A stretch of 64,000 nt of DNA from Cirrosporium novae-zelandiae (lineage: Eukaryota), in NCBI GenBank assembly GCA_026023565.1, contig JAPETS010000001.1:1612001-1676000 (forward strand), given 5' to 3'. Made by a program: the position numbers and the translations under genes. The first letter of the stretch is position 1; every line of letters begins with the position of its first letter. The notes beneath the pieces are model-generated. The model saw only the letters and a list, made by a program, of their open reading frames with translations, was not told the origin of the DNA and did not search any database. Below are positions 39,901-51,402 of the stretch, piece by piece.

Positions 39901-40101
39901 TGTGATTACTGTGGTGCAGACTTGAGCAAATTTATCGGTATGCAGTGCGCTGATTGCCTTAATCATGATATGTGTCAGGCGTGTGTCATTAAATGTACGG
40001 AGGGGAAGCTAGGGTCGGCGGCGCTGGGAACGCATCAGGGTTGTCAGGGGAATGGGACGAGGTGGTTGTATTATCGTGCAGATGAGGCGCCTAAGACGTG
40101 A
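36922..40101 (+). CDS. Patatin-like phospholipase (PNPLA8/9-type) with N-terminal Q/P-rich region and C-terminal array of ZZ-like zinc fingers
   Basis: LSLDGGGVRG, GGTSTGG, ARATSAA, VDGAL, VSIGTG; repeated CxxC..CxxC..CxxC..H..H units; single 1059-aa ORF. Confidence 0.88.
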   Translation: MKSFLKAAYKAVNEGGNNNNNNNRNYQQQQQQQQLWITPQNHAPSLYAPGAHQQNFPPTLEQGVITTHSGQWPQQAQRTQTDIPHGGYGNQFERNDQYQPPGLSPGQQQQLMPSGAPSVPYQQFPYPPTSRPASPYFPPPPTMTTRARSPAPPPLPPPQLPQRRVQSFGAAGGYNPAVLSRPGLETQVHSDSSVPSLTHPLDRSVLVDPSSLQPSTSLPLIQLPTQTLVSTTQTPTPPPPPYSLTQSPPPNPPIPSLQAQPSPSPSPQPAYSATTGKNSSHAEHYEPQRIIKSQSGGGGPRVIKVLSLDGGGVRGLSEIFILKYIMRLLGRARGFELQPWQEFDIIGGTSTGGLLAIMLGRLRMTLKECEDAYLTMSRDIFEPVRNKSNFVARANDFLQANGRFKSGSLENSIKRILRGRGLSEDELLQDEREDSCKIFVCAVREDGSRAVIRSYETEAHDSLYETCKIWEGARATSAASTFFDPITVGPYGQKFVDGALRHNNPIDLVDLESKALWEEEDRIIVSIGTGIAPAGDVTGNLKELGEALIKLVTDTEERNNVFRQRNRAMVEQGLLYRFNVNQGLGSVGLEEHKAVNLIRTFTDGYLQDPDVQSSVKRCAKIMKDGGQRLNYVGPEDLAAHLERMRLNQVMCVSCGHCLRGVPFGSVYFYCVECRVDICSTCHSDHNYEHTNKLLRFEGTQWSAHMKDAVSSRECNHCSRDAQSRIECRRGDCGASLCTECWEIDDRRIEFLKSHQEENNKHRSFLTVFPPFFFVVDRINPSCRCSTTPECIGHCSRCASPCVLYDTLYYCRTCRLDSPSSSVQLLCTRCFQTNEPPAHKTAHSFQSLHFLFENPPHDETEYQDLVDFEKRAFRCPECPGEFMSYAQTVLHPHSELQFFRTPAFLEISHINAVKECPVFACRVQPSVTRDVATLVKCMFCKSYLAYEEELALCTTAGCWCAFCLRCVSGNRVRHRHRHALVQVRFKKAVASNHSCDYCGADLSKFIGMQCADCLNHDMCQACVIKCTEGKLGSAALGTHQGCQGNGTRWLYYRADEAPKT

Positions 40102-40762
40102 TTGATGTTAAGTCGCTATATCTATCATGACGCTTACATTCAAGTGTCATTGTTGGTGTAGACGGAATATAAATCTAACCATTATGATTTTCCCTTATTC
40201 CTCTATTCCACTTAGACTCCAACAGCGAGCCCAACAAGAGTCCAGTCGGTTAGTAGTAGTAGTAGTAGTATATGATGAATAAAAATGGAGTGATGGAAAG
40301 GTAGACTGATAGGAATCACTGTTGATAATTGATGTGAGATTTAATATGATGCCGAGCCGGGTGGCTAAATAGTAAAGGTAAGGCGAAACAATAGTTGATC
40401 CATATCAGAAAAAAAAACTGATAAAGAATAGATGAATTATTAACATGCATCGATTGATTGTCTTCTGTTGAATCCACTATCATCATCATCAGCCCCCCCC
40501 GTAAAGTACACTTTTTTTCAAAAAGACCCATGGTAGAAATTAGAACAATGAGGAGAGATTTCAGCACCAACCAATCAGTTCGTACATTGGTCACATTTCG
40601 AGTTTGTTAATACATGCGTTGCACACTTCATTCATAGATGCAGCGAAACCATCGTTCCTCCGATGGATCTCCTTTGGTTAGGCGTCATCTTTTTTAGAAC
40701 ACCTTTTGAATATCTATAACGCCCACGCTTAGAGTACCATCCTTTTCAATCCAACTATACAT

Positions 40763-42203
40763 CTACTCAAGTACACGGGTAACAAGACCGGTGGCGACAG
40801 TTCGACCACCCTCTCGAACGTTGAATCGTTGTCCGGCTTCCACAGCAATGGGGGTGTGAATTGTGCATTCCATCTCTACATTGTCACCTGGCATGACCAT
40901 CTTGGCATCGCTATCTTTTGTACCTGCAGGCCAGTGCAGCGCTGCGGCCTCGTCGGCTGTTCGGATATAGATTTGGGGGCGATAATTGTTTCCGAAGCCA
41001 GTGTGACGGCCTCCTTCTTCCTTAGTTAGAACATACATGGAGACGAGGAATTTCTTATGTGCTTTGACGGTTCCAGGAAGAGCAACAACCATTCCACGCT
41101 TGACATCCTCACGACGAACTCCACGCAGGAGAAGACCGGAGTTATCCCCTGCACGCGACTCCTCACAAGATTTTTTAAAGGTTTCAATATCGGTAACCTT
41201 GGTTTTGATAGGAGGTAGGTCAGTCTTTCCGACAAGTTCAACTTCAGAATCCTTCTTCAGGACACCCCGCTGTACCCGACCGGATGCCACGGTACCACGG
41301 CCAGCGATGGAGAAGACATCTTCAACAGACATGAGGAAAGGTTTATCCAAATCACGTGTTGGTGTGGGGATCCATTCATCAACAGCTTTTAATAGTTCAT
41401 CAATCTTTTCAACGCCAATCTCAGGGTTGCGGTTTTCCAGGGCGCAAAGAGCGGAACCCATAATGATGGGAGTTTCGTCACCATCGAATCCGTATGAGGA
41501 GAGGAGTTCACGCATTTCCATTTCGACAAGTTCTAACATTTCTTTGTCGTCGACTGCATCGATCTTGTTTACAAAAACAACAATTTTCTGAACACCAACT
41601 TGACGGGCGAGGAGAAGATGTTCTCGGGTTTGGGGCCTGTTGGAGAATCATTAGTGGGGTTGAGAAAATACGACGAGCATTCATCTTACATTTGCCCATC
41701 TGAAGCTGCAACCACAATTATAGCACCATCCATGTTAGAGGCTCCAGTAATCATATTCTTGATGTAATCGGCGTGGCCAGGACAGTCAACGTGGGAGTAA
41801 TGTCTCTTATCCGTCGAATACTCGATATGTGCAGATGAGATGGTGATACCACGCTTCCTTTCTTCTGGCGCCTTATCAATTGCACCATATTCGAGAAACT
41901 TGGCTTTGCCCTTCTCGGCTTGTCGCTTGGTGATGGCGGCAGTCAATGTGGTTTTGCCATGGTCGACATGTCCTTGGTAGCACATAGATTGTAAGCTTCA
42001 ATTCCATGGTCAACGCATAAGTGACGATGTTTACCGATTGTCCCGATGTTGCAGTGATCTAGGTCTCTGGTATAAACACCGCTGGCGAATCTCCTTCCTA
42101 ATCGTACATTCTTCTGGAAGCAGTATGCTGTAGGATTTAGATTTTTCGAAGAACGGAGGAGATATCGGCTGAAAGGAGCGACAGAACGTGTGAAACTGGC
42201 CAT
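40763..42203 (-). CDS. TUF1: Mitochondrial elongation factor Tu
   Basis: Presequence-like N-terminus; [53 protein letters not shown]; two introns. Confidence 0.97.
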
Positions 42204-42666
42204 TATGAACAAAGAATTGATGAAGGAGATGAGGGGAGATGCAGAAACAGGTCAACCCTCCTTTCTTGGACAATTATACTTGGTTCTGGTAGTATCAAGC
42301 ACTCAACGACAGAAGGATAAAAACGATAGTGGAAATTTCGGCGGATGAGACTTTGAGTCCAATTGCTTCCGGGACCACCCCGGCTAATCCCGATTTGGCT
42401 AAAGGCATATCCAGGGCTATTCAACTACGACACCAATCATGCAGATGTGATTTACAAGTTTTATCCTTTAGCATCAATTAAGTCGGATTGTGAAACTGTA
42501 TCTGTGGTACTGAGAAGCTGAGAGCATCTTGCTCGGACTACCATGTCCAACATATTACCATATACTAAGCAAACAAACAAATGCATCCAATCAAGCCTTT
42601 GGCCCCGTACATATGCTCAAACGGTTGACTGTAACACCAATCCCATGCCCTAGGAGAACCCCATCA

Positions 42667-43600
42667 CTATTTCTTCTCCTCTGCCTTCTTCCCTCCTGCC
42701 TCCCCTACCGCTTCAGCAAACCCAGGACGGTCTGAGTGCTTCTTGTAGAAATATAGATCCGGGTTGGCTGGCTTGAGATTATCGGAGAGATTATCGAGGA
42801 TAACCTTGAGGATCTTGTCGGCCGAGACTTTGTCGGAGCCACTCCGATTCCACACTGAGATATGGTTGATATTGAATCGGCTATTGAAGGAGACACCACA
42901 AAGATCATCCCCTGGACAACAGATTAGATATCGTAATTAAGTTTGATGAGAAACAGATTAACTTACCAGGTTCTAGAACTGGGGCAAATTGTTCGCCAAC
43001 AAGCATCAAGAGAACCTCCTTCCAAAACTCCGAGCTCTTGTCCTTGGATACCCTAAAAGTCCAGCAACCCCCGTTCTGGTTCTTCCTGTCCTCCCATGTA
43101 GGCTTGATGCCCTTCTTGAAAAGACTCAGAGAGTGACCACGCGCAAGGCTCTCAACTGGCATGTTGTTCCATGTTTCCCAGAACTCCTTGACGTCTTTGA
43201 TCTCCTCGTGCAACACAGATAGGCTGTTGTAATCACTTCCAGAGTGATACAGCACCCATTTCTGTGCGAACTGCGGAGGCCTCAGAGCGCCAAGGACTTT
43301 ATCATGCGCCTCCTTACGGGCGGCTTTTGAGTCTTGACGAGAGTGGCCGGAAGACAACATCTTGACTCTCTTTAATTTTGAGACTGCCTCGAAGGCTGAT
43401 GAAAAGTATTTTTTGAAGTTGCAAATATATGTCTCTTCGTTGGTGAAACGAGGTGGAAGGCCTTTAAAATAGGTCTTGAAGCCAAATGATGCGGTAGCTG
43501 GGGTCAAGGTTCCTTTATCTTGACGCTCGATGTAGTCGAAGACGTAGAGAGTGAGGTGCGGAGCTCTAGCTCCGTCTTTCCTGCTGAAAGCAATTGGCAT
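42667..43600 (-). CDS. eIF4E-family cap-binding protein (divergent paralog with N-terminal extension)
   Basis: VKEFWETWNN, LFKKGIKPTWED..NQNGGCW, FWKEVLLMLVGE, DDLCGVS, ISVWN, YFYKKH; intron 42912-42966; start codon uncertain. Confidence 0.88.
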
Positions 43601-46008
43601 GATGATCGAGAGTGTAAGAAGTGTTGATAATGTTGGTAGGATGAAGAAAAGGATTGATTGATAAAAGAAAGGAGATGAATGTCTGGATAGTTGCTAAAGG
43701 ATAGCTAGATAATGTGATTTGAGGAGAAGAAAAAGGATGTTCTTGATGGTGATTTTATAGTAGTCTCAGTTCAACCTCACTTCACTGAGATAAAACTTCA
43801 TAGGACTAGCCACGATAATGGGTGTGAATACAGCATTTTATGACTTGCAACCTTGAGGGCTGATGAAATGGATTTTTGTCCATGATCTTTAGCTATTCAA
43901 TGGGAAGGGTTACTCTATCAATTAAGGTATATATGAAAAGGTGAATCTTGAATAAAGTATATGTGAGGATTCTTTGGAGGTCTCCTTGGGGAATAAACAT
44001 TGACCGAATATTAAGTCATCGTACCTCAAAGAAACATAACAGCAGCTTTTGGTCCAACCTACCTTATAAATTGTTGTAGAGAAGAAGGCTTAAGTAAGAA
44101 CGCCGGAAGAGAACAGAAGTACAAATTGTGAAGAATGATAAAGCATCACTACAATAGGAGCGGTATCCTACTTAGATAGATAGAAAGAATATCGAAGGAG
44201 GTATCGAAAGAACAGATAATTAATTAGTAACTGCCTATTATTGCTCATTAGCGCCAGTGTCCCTTTGTGGATTTTAGTGTCAATTGGTTCATTAAGTTTG
44301 TTGTCTGGTGACGATGACTGGACCTCCAATCGGTATTACCGCCAATACACTCAGTACCGTTATTACCGCCATTACATACCTAGATATTTACAGCCATTAC
44401 CTAATTCGGCTGCTTAGCTAATTTCTGACATCACCTCGTCTAATCTGTCTGAGACACTCCTGAACAACAAAGATCAGCAGTAAACAATGAAACGAAGAAT
44501 AAATGAATTCAACCATCATCTATGACCTTTGAACTCTGAAAGAATAAGTTCTGAAACAAATCAAAATTTGCGAGTCTTACCGCTGCTCACTTATTGGATA
44601 GTTTTAGCTATCTTCAGTATACGGTCTCCCAGCAGGTGGCCAGCAATGAGTAACTTTTTCTTTTCCAAGCGCATCAGTCCCTCCCTATGTGATGAGTTCC
44701 CTCTCTAATCTAGCTTGACCCGTTCTGTCTTCGATTTCTCTTTCTCTCCTGGCTTTCCTAGTATTTCTTTCAATTTGCAACGAGTCAGCTACGAATATGT
44801 TTTCCAACCATGCTGATACATTTCTCAGCTCTTCTATCAACCTCCTGGGGGAGTCCTCGTTCGTTGAAGAGTAATTACCTAAGTGCCTAGGTAGTTAAGC
44901 TTCAACCTCCTTCCTAGTATAGTATCCCTAGATCTTGAAATTTGGAATAAGGGACTAGCGTCTTTATGCATAAGCGATCTGCTATTAGGCCCGTTGTCGT
45001 CATCGTGAGAGCTAATTATTTAGGTAGCTGGAGTCACTGTCGAGCTACCCTTGGCATTCTCTAGCATATGGAACGTCTAGGTCGGCGTAGCGCAACCATA
45101 TTGGCTAAAAGCAGAGATATGCGATGTGAGCGATGTGAGCGATGTGGACTTTGCAGATTTTAACTAATGCAGTATATAAAGTCTGATTGTCCTGCTCATC
45201 TAGTGGAACTGCTTGTCCGTTATGAGTCGGTTTTGATGGTTATCCTTAATAATTGGAGACATGCGTTCGTTGTTAATAGGTATCTCGCTGCGATTAAAAA
45301 CATGACTATGTTGGTTTGAAGGAGACCATAGCAGGAATTTGGAGTTGACCATAATTGAGACTAGCCTAATGAGAATCTGGAAGTCGAAGTAGCCTCAAAG
45401 ACATTTAAAGCACTAAAACTTTTATGTTCCCAAGTATATATGCAAGACGGGAGGGTCTAAGTAAGTTAAAGTAATGAAGAGCTGAGGTGCTAAATTTCCT
45501 AATGTGAAGGACCAGACATTTTAGTTTAAGCAGTAGTAATTCAATGAATTAAATAAGATATACACAATGAATCAGCTTTGGTATTTTCTAGTGATGTTAT
45601 AGTCTGCCAGGAAATACATTAGATTCCGCAAAATCTCTTGTCACATCAACAAAGTCTCGATATGTATTTCAATCTCTGGTCCTGGCCTCTTCATTGACGG
45701 TTGAGCTTGCGTACTCAGAATCATATACAGCATTGAGAGCATAATGCATCAAGGGGTCAGAAAAACGGCTACCAAGGTAAACGAGAAAGCCAGAAAGGCA
45801 CTTGGAAACATTGAAGCGGATGAAAGGATGGCGGAGGAGCCGGAATTGTCGAGGAAATGAAGAAATAAAGGTCAATGTGAAGATATAATCCAGAGCCAAA
45901 ACTACTGGAAAATAATATATGATAGAGGAAGGTAGATTCATCTACCCACCACGCGGCGCCCAAAATAAACGGGACTCACAAATTCCTTTTTTTTTAACTA
46001 TTATTTTT

Positions 46009-46135
46009 CCTGGGGAGGCCTTTAAGCAAAATCAATTTTTATATATTCTAGGGATTTGGGAGGCTTTAAATCGAATTGTTATTGGAATTGAAAATTAATT
46101 TTGTTTGAAGGCCTCCCCAGGATCATTTTTCTAAT
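46009..46135. mobile_element. MITE-like foldback element, copy 2
   Basis: 31-bp arms CCTGGGGAGGCCTTTAAGCAAAATCAATTTT and (reverse complement) CCTGGGGAGGCCTTCAAACAAAATTAATTTT, 3 mismatches. Confidence 0.6.
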
Positions 46136-46905
46136 TCCATTTTTTAGGGTAGCCGTAGTGTAGGCTCGAGGAAAGGAATTTATGAGTTCTCCTTATTTTG
46201 GGACCAGCGTGCCTGCTAGGCAACTTCTGCCCCTTCGACTGTGGGAAAACTTAAAGCGAGGTAATAGAGTACGAAACTAGCATCAAGCTGATAAGGTGGA
46301 GAACTCACATAGTCAAACAAAAACGATGTGGAAAACCATCTTTCGAGATGCTGGATTGATTTCCTATGTACTGTACACCAAGTTTACTAACAAACATGCA
46401 AAATGTCTGTCATCATTTATTGCTTGCAATGCTTCGGAAGGAGCCTTGCTGGTCATTAGTTCTAGGGGAAGTTAGTTAGATTATAGAAGTATTATTATCT
46501 AGTATAGCTAATTTTCTTAGCAACTTATTTGAATGTAACTAGGTAGTATATTCAAACGGACTTTGAGGGTCGTTCTGTGCTATGAAGATGTTGTTGTCAC
46601 GCCAACGGAACGGACGGACGTTCAATTAAAGAAAGAAAGCACATGTAGCTTGGATCAATGGATTTCATTATATAAGTGAAGTGATAAATACTACGATTAA
46701 ATACATCGAGTATGATCATATTAATTTAGATTATATTCAAGTTGGTATTGCAATACTCCTTCCAATCTTTCAATGACATACCTCAAAAGAGACTTTTCCG
46801 GCTCCACCAGTGTGTATATAATTTGTGCTGGTAAATCAATTATAACAGTCTCCGTTGAGTCATTTGTTCCATATCCCACAAAAATTGAGCATGTAGCTGT
46901 GTTCA

Positions 46906-47622
46906 TCACCAAGGAATGGCGTTGGTAGAATTCACACCTGTCTCTGCAACGTTGATATCCTGCTGTGGTGTCCCCCCACTTACGCCAACGCTGCCAATGA
47001 ATACCAGGTCCAAAAAGACAGGAACACCTCCACCAAAGACGACGAGACCATTGTTCGTGTCCTCTATGCCGTAGAGTGAACCGCCGGGTTGGGTTTTGTT
47101 GTACAGAGCTGCTGTTGAGAATCCTCCATTGAAAAGGCTGTCATAATAAGGCAAGGTGAGTATTGGTGTAACGGAACCAAATATAGTGAGATAATGTAGA
47201 ATCGGCTTACCTTACTGTCTTCGCTTTCTTAATACTGATGTCGATACTGCCCAAGAAAGCGTTGTCCATCCTCAGGAAGGCGACCAAGTAGCCAGAAGGA
47301 TCACATACAGCAATGCATGAGGGGACCTAGATGGATATTAGCTGTGTAAGCGAATGCCGTGTTTAGTTCCATCCCATAGCTCGACTTAGCCAAAAACACC
47401 TGCGCTTTCCTCTGCCACAGAGGTCGGGTAGAAAGGAAAACTTACTCCAATTTTGGTGGCTTGAGCTTTGGCAGCATTGACAATGATTTGAGCTTGTGTT
47501 TGGTTCATAACATAACGCACTTCAGGGGTGGTTCCGAGGAAATTATCGTTGGCAGGCGTATTGAGGGCAGCAACAGTAAGAAGAAGAGAGAAAAAAGGAA
47601 GGAAACTAATTGATAGTTTCAT
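46906..47622 (-). CDS. Secreted GlcG/HbpS-like (DUF336) heme-binding family protein
   Basis: Signal peptide; [56 protein letters not shown]; two introns. Confidence 0.88.
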
Positions 47623-48488
47623 GATGGCGGAATCGAAGTAGTGCAGTAGTGAGAAATCAGGTTAAGGATAGAATAATAGTGATAATGAAATATATGAGTT
47701 GGGTTGTAATTGTAGAAGATGGCAGAACATATATTTGTGTACAGGGAGTTGTACTTATACCCAGTAAGATGATAGGAGGCAATGCAAATTTGTTTTGTGG
47801 GTTGGAAGTCAAGTTCCCCGCAGATGATGGGCTGATGAGGGTGGGCTATAACGCAACTGAAGCTTCATATAAATATCGTCTAGAGGATGAAGACTGCGGG
47901 GAAAGCCTAGGTTGAACGTCCAGGAATCAAGATGGAAGGCTTAGTAAAAGTCAGTCAGGCACCAGTTAAATATCAAGATCGAAGTACCTTGCTGATGTAG
48001 AAAAGTTGTTTGGAAGGAAAGCTACCACAGTAGGTTCCCGAGGAAGCATATTCGTTTCTTCGAAGGTTCGCAACAAGCCTTTTCAGTCATACGTCAGTCA
48101 TAAGCCAGCCACATAAATAGAACCACCACATATAGCTTTATCCTCATTGAAGGATGACTGTGCTGATGGTACTAAGTATTTCAGTCAGAGCTACTTAGTG
48201 GAGGTTAAAGTCGTCCATCCCCTCTTCTAGCCTCATGTTGAAGTTTCTATTTAGGGTTCACTTCAAAGCCTCACACCATCACATGGGATTTCTCCAGAAT
48301 AACTTCGAGATAACTCATGCATAACATAAGAGAGAGGTATAATGGGTATATGTGAGATTGAAATCCATACGTCTATCGATTAAAAAATGCCTAATATATC
48401 GAAGCCGATCCTTTCTTTTTCACAAGAAAGGATAAAAAAAGAGAACATGCAGCCATCCCAGTCATTCTAATGTCTAACTAAACATATC

Positions 48489-50245
48489 CTATTTCGTAAT
48501 CTCCCTAATGCGGCATTGCCATCCTGAACTCTGACTCAATAGCGGTAAGCTCGCACCCAAACACCATCCCAGTTCATTTCCCTTAATCTTCTTTGCGATT
48601 TTCACTTCTCTATCCAGTGGAAGCTCATACCCTGTGTGTAACAAGGCTAGCATAAAGTTTAGGTCTAAGCACCATTCCGGACGATCTTTTAATTCCTCTA
48701 GAGCACCTTCAGTAGATTCGAAGAGACTCCAGGAGTCTTCTCCAGCACAAACGTGTGCAGTAAGGTCTTTGAGCTCCTTGAGGGTGAAGGATTCGGGCAT
48801 TCCGAGTGGCTGGGTGCGATCGTAGAAGTAGGAGAATATGTACACATCTTGAGCTGCAAATGTCTTCTCAAGGGAAGGCTGATGAACACCATTGAAAGAA
48901 CATGGTGATAGGGAGCAGGTAGCGTCCTTCTGGAGGATCTTCTCAGCCAGGCCCCGGCACTGAGCAGAGGAGGCTTCCGCGGGACCGGTCATATTAAGGA
49001 CAACAGATTCGCCTAGGGGATGCGTAGGGTCTAGCTTAACCTTGACTTCACGAGATGTACCTGCTGCAAGGCAGGGATTGATAACTGGCTGATGCAGCCA
49101 TGATTTATTGACAGGAGAGGATTCGTAAAGAGCTTCAGCGACGACGCGGTGGACGGACTCGCGGGCGGCCATTAGGCCATAACCCAGATGGGAATGTTGG
49201 TAAAGCTCGAAATCGCGACCACCAAAGCTAAGGGCGTATTTATGATCGCCTTCGGCGAGGGTTTCAGGCATCCCACCGTTGACGCCTTTGAAGGTTGGCT
49301 CAAAGACAATTTGGGTGGATCCGCCGCCGAGATCGAACACTGCAGCAGTTGGAGTCTTTTCAGGTCCTCCAATCTTTCCAAGCAAGTAATTGGCGGTAAT
49401 CCAAGCATATACGCCTTCATCTTTACCATCCATAATCTCTACTCCATGCATTTCTTTGGAAACAACTGGAAAGGGGTATTTTGTCTCCAATCGATTTCTG
49501 ACAGCCTCCAAGATCTTATCGCTCATCTCAGGTCCAAGTAACCGTAAACCTGCTGTTGCCTTGACAGCAACAGGAGAACAAGATCGGTATTCATCAGGAA
49601 TCTGCTCCATGGCAACATCCATGAGCATATCCAAACTCTGAGCAGCCCCCTCTGAATCTGTCTTATACGAGCTCAGTCCAGATCCACCATCTTTCTTCTC
49701 CGTCATCTTGAATTCCTCATGTTCGAGCTCGGGCGTAGGGCCGCAATTATTGAAACGGTAGACATGGATGCGAGAGCCAGTGCTACCAGCATCAATCATA
49801 GAAACATACTGTATTAAAGGTTTAGATTTATCGTAGGGTTTTATGCATTTCGTGATTCCACCAGTTTGACCAGGTGAGGTTTTGCCATAACCTGTATGGC
49901 CTGTGACGAATAAGTTGACCGCAAAAACCTCAGCCCAAGGATCGAGTACTTACTTGAGACGTAATCCCTAACATTTGTTCTGTCGCTGGGGGCGATAAGG
50001 AATAATAGGAAAAGAACAAAAGCAACGACGGCCCCAGTTTTAATATATCTTGATTTCTGACCTTGAGTCATTGAGAAGGATCGCGGGGGATATGGACCGG
50101 CCGAGTTGTTATGATGTCTGTCGGCTTTTTCAAAAGGATCATTGGCGTTTCGAGTCGGTAGAGATACTGATCGCCGTCTAGGACTTGAGAAACTAATATA
50201 GGACCATAAATTTGGACGCCGTCGAGCGTCGATAGCAGTGGACAT
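48489..50245 (-). CDS. GDA1: Golgi guanosine diphosphatase (GDA1/CD39 family)
   Basis: N-terminal TM; apyrase regions DAGSTGSR, ATAGLR, GKDEGVYAW, DLGGGSTQ, GWCLGA; one intron near 49.9 kb. Confidence 0.95.
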
Positions 50246-50700
50246 GAGAGAAGAGATTGAGTATGCTCAAGGCCCTTTTTTTCAAAGAGTGATTGCTTTT
50301 CTCCAGATATTTTTTATTTCAAGTACACATGTCCAGATTGTTTCAGGGTTCACACAATCTAGGGGTTTTGATACCGTATGGTCAGGGATCAACCAATACA
50401 GCAAGGATATATGTAGTTTCTGTTATATAACCAGTATTAACGTGTTCCTAACAATTCAAGAGTTGGTCCCTGAAACTTTATTTGGCTCATTAGACTACTC
50501 GAGTAGTCCAGTGCTTGTCCTTGACAAAGAAAAAGTCCAAAGCTTGAACATCCATCTTTTTCTTCATCATAACCCAACTCGACACTTCAAAGCTTCACCT
50601 TTCAAACGCCTCAGTTATGTACAAATACCCTAAAATATATCTATTATAATCTCCCTTTTTCCAATTGAATAATAATTTATTATCTCCCCCTAACCTCACC

Positions 50701-51402
50701 ATGGCGTCCGCTTTCCGGCCACTGCGGGTCCTTTCATCTCCCCTCTTAAAAACACCCTCACCTTTTTTCTCCCTCCAGCGCGCATATACTCGAGGTACAA
50801 TCGATCCTAGAAAAATAGCTGTGTCCGGACAAACACCCCACAAATCTAACCCCAAGAACGAGAGACCTCCCCAAAACAATGACATCACTGCAACACACAT
50901 ACATTTGGTAGACTCGGTTGGCAATTTATTACCTCCACAGACTCGTTGGGATGTAATGCGCTCGGTTGATACAAAAACCCATGTACTCATGCAAGTTTCT
51001 GCGGAAGGCCCAGATGGCTATCCAGTATGCAAAATCCGAAGCAAAAACGAGATACGAGAAAAGCAATGGGCCATGACTAAGGCCGCCAAAGCCGTTAAAA
51101 GACATACCAAATCCCTAAAGCAACTAGAATTAAATTATGCTTTGGATCTAAATGATCTAGGCCACAAATTAAATCGTCTGGAGACTTTTCTAAACCAAGG
51201 TCGGAGAGTGGAGATTTTGCTTGCCAGCAAGAAGAAGGGTAGGACGGCGTCAGTTGAGGAAGCAAGCCTGGTGGTGAAGAAAATTAAAGAAAGAGCCGAG
51301 GGGACAGGAGCTACAGAAGTAGAACCCATGACCGGCGAGATTCCTGGACTAGTTAAGTTGGTTTTCCAGGGGGTCGATCAAATAAAGAGCTCAGCGTCCT
51401 GA
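50701..51402 (+). CDS. Mitochondrial translation initiation factor IF3-like
   Basis: Arg/Ser-rich presequence; IHLVD, PVCKI, KQLELNYALDLNDLGHKL..FLNQGRRVEI; divergent from GDA1. Confidence 0.8.
   Translation: MASAFRPLRVLSSPLLKTPSPFFSLQRAYTRGTIDPRKIAVSGQTPHKSNPKNERPPQNNDITATHIHLVDSVGNLLPPQTRWDVMRSVDTKTHVLMQVSAEGPDGYPVCKIRSKNEIREKQWAMTKAAKAVKRHTKSLKQLELNYALDLNDLGHKLNRLETFLNQGRRVEILLASKKKGRTASVEEASLVVKKIKERAEGTGATEVEPMTGEIPGLVKLVFQGVDQIKSSAS

Noticed and set aside
44689..44818. GTGATGA..CTGA pair as a box C/D snoRNA
   Set aside because: No terminal stem or rRNA guide recognised; such pairs arise by chance
44600..45960. Possible small genes in the 3.3-kb gap upstream of eIF4E
   Set aside because: Only short interrupted frames without recognisable motifs; no model could be supported
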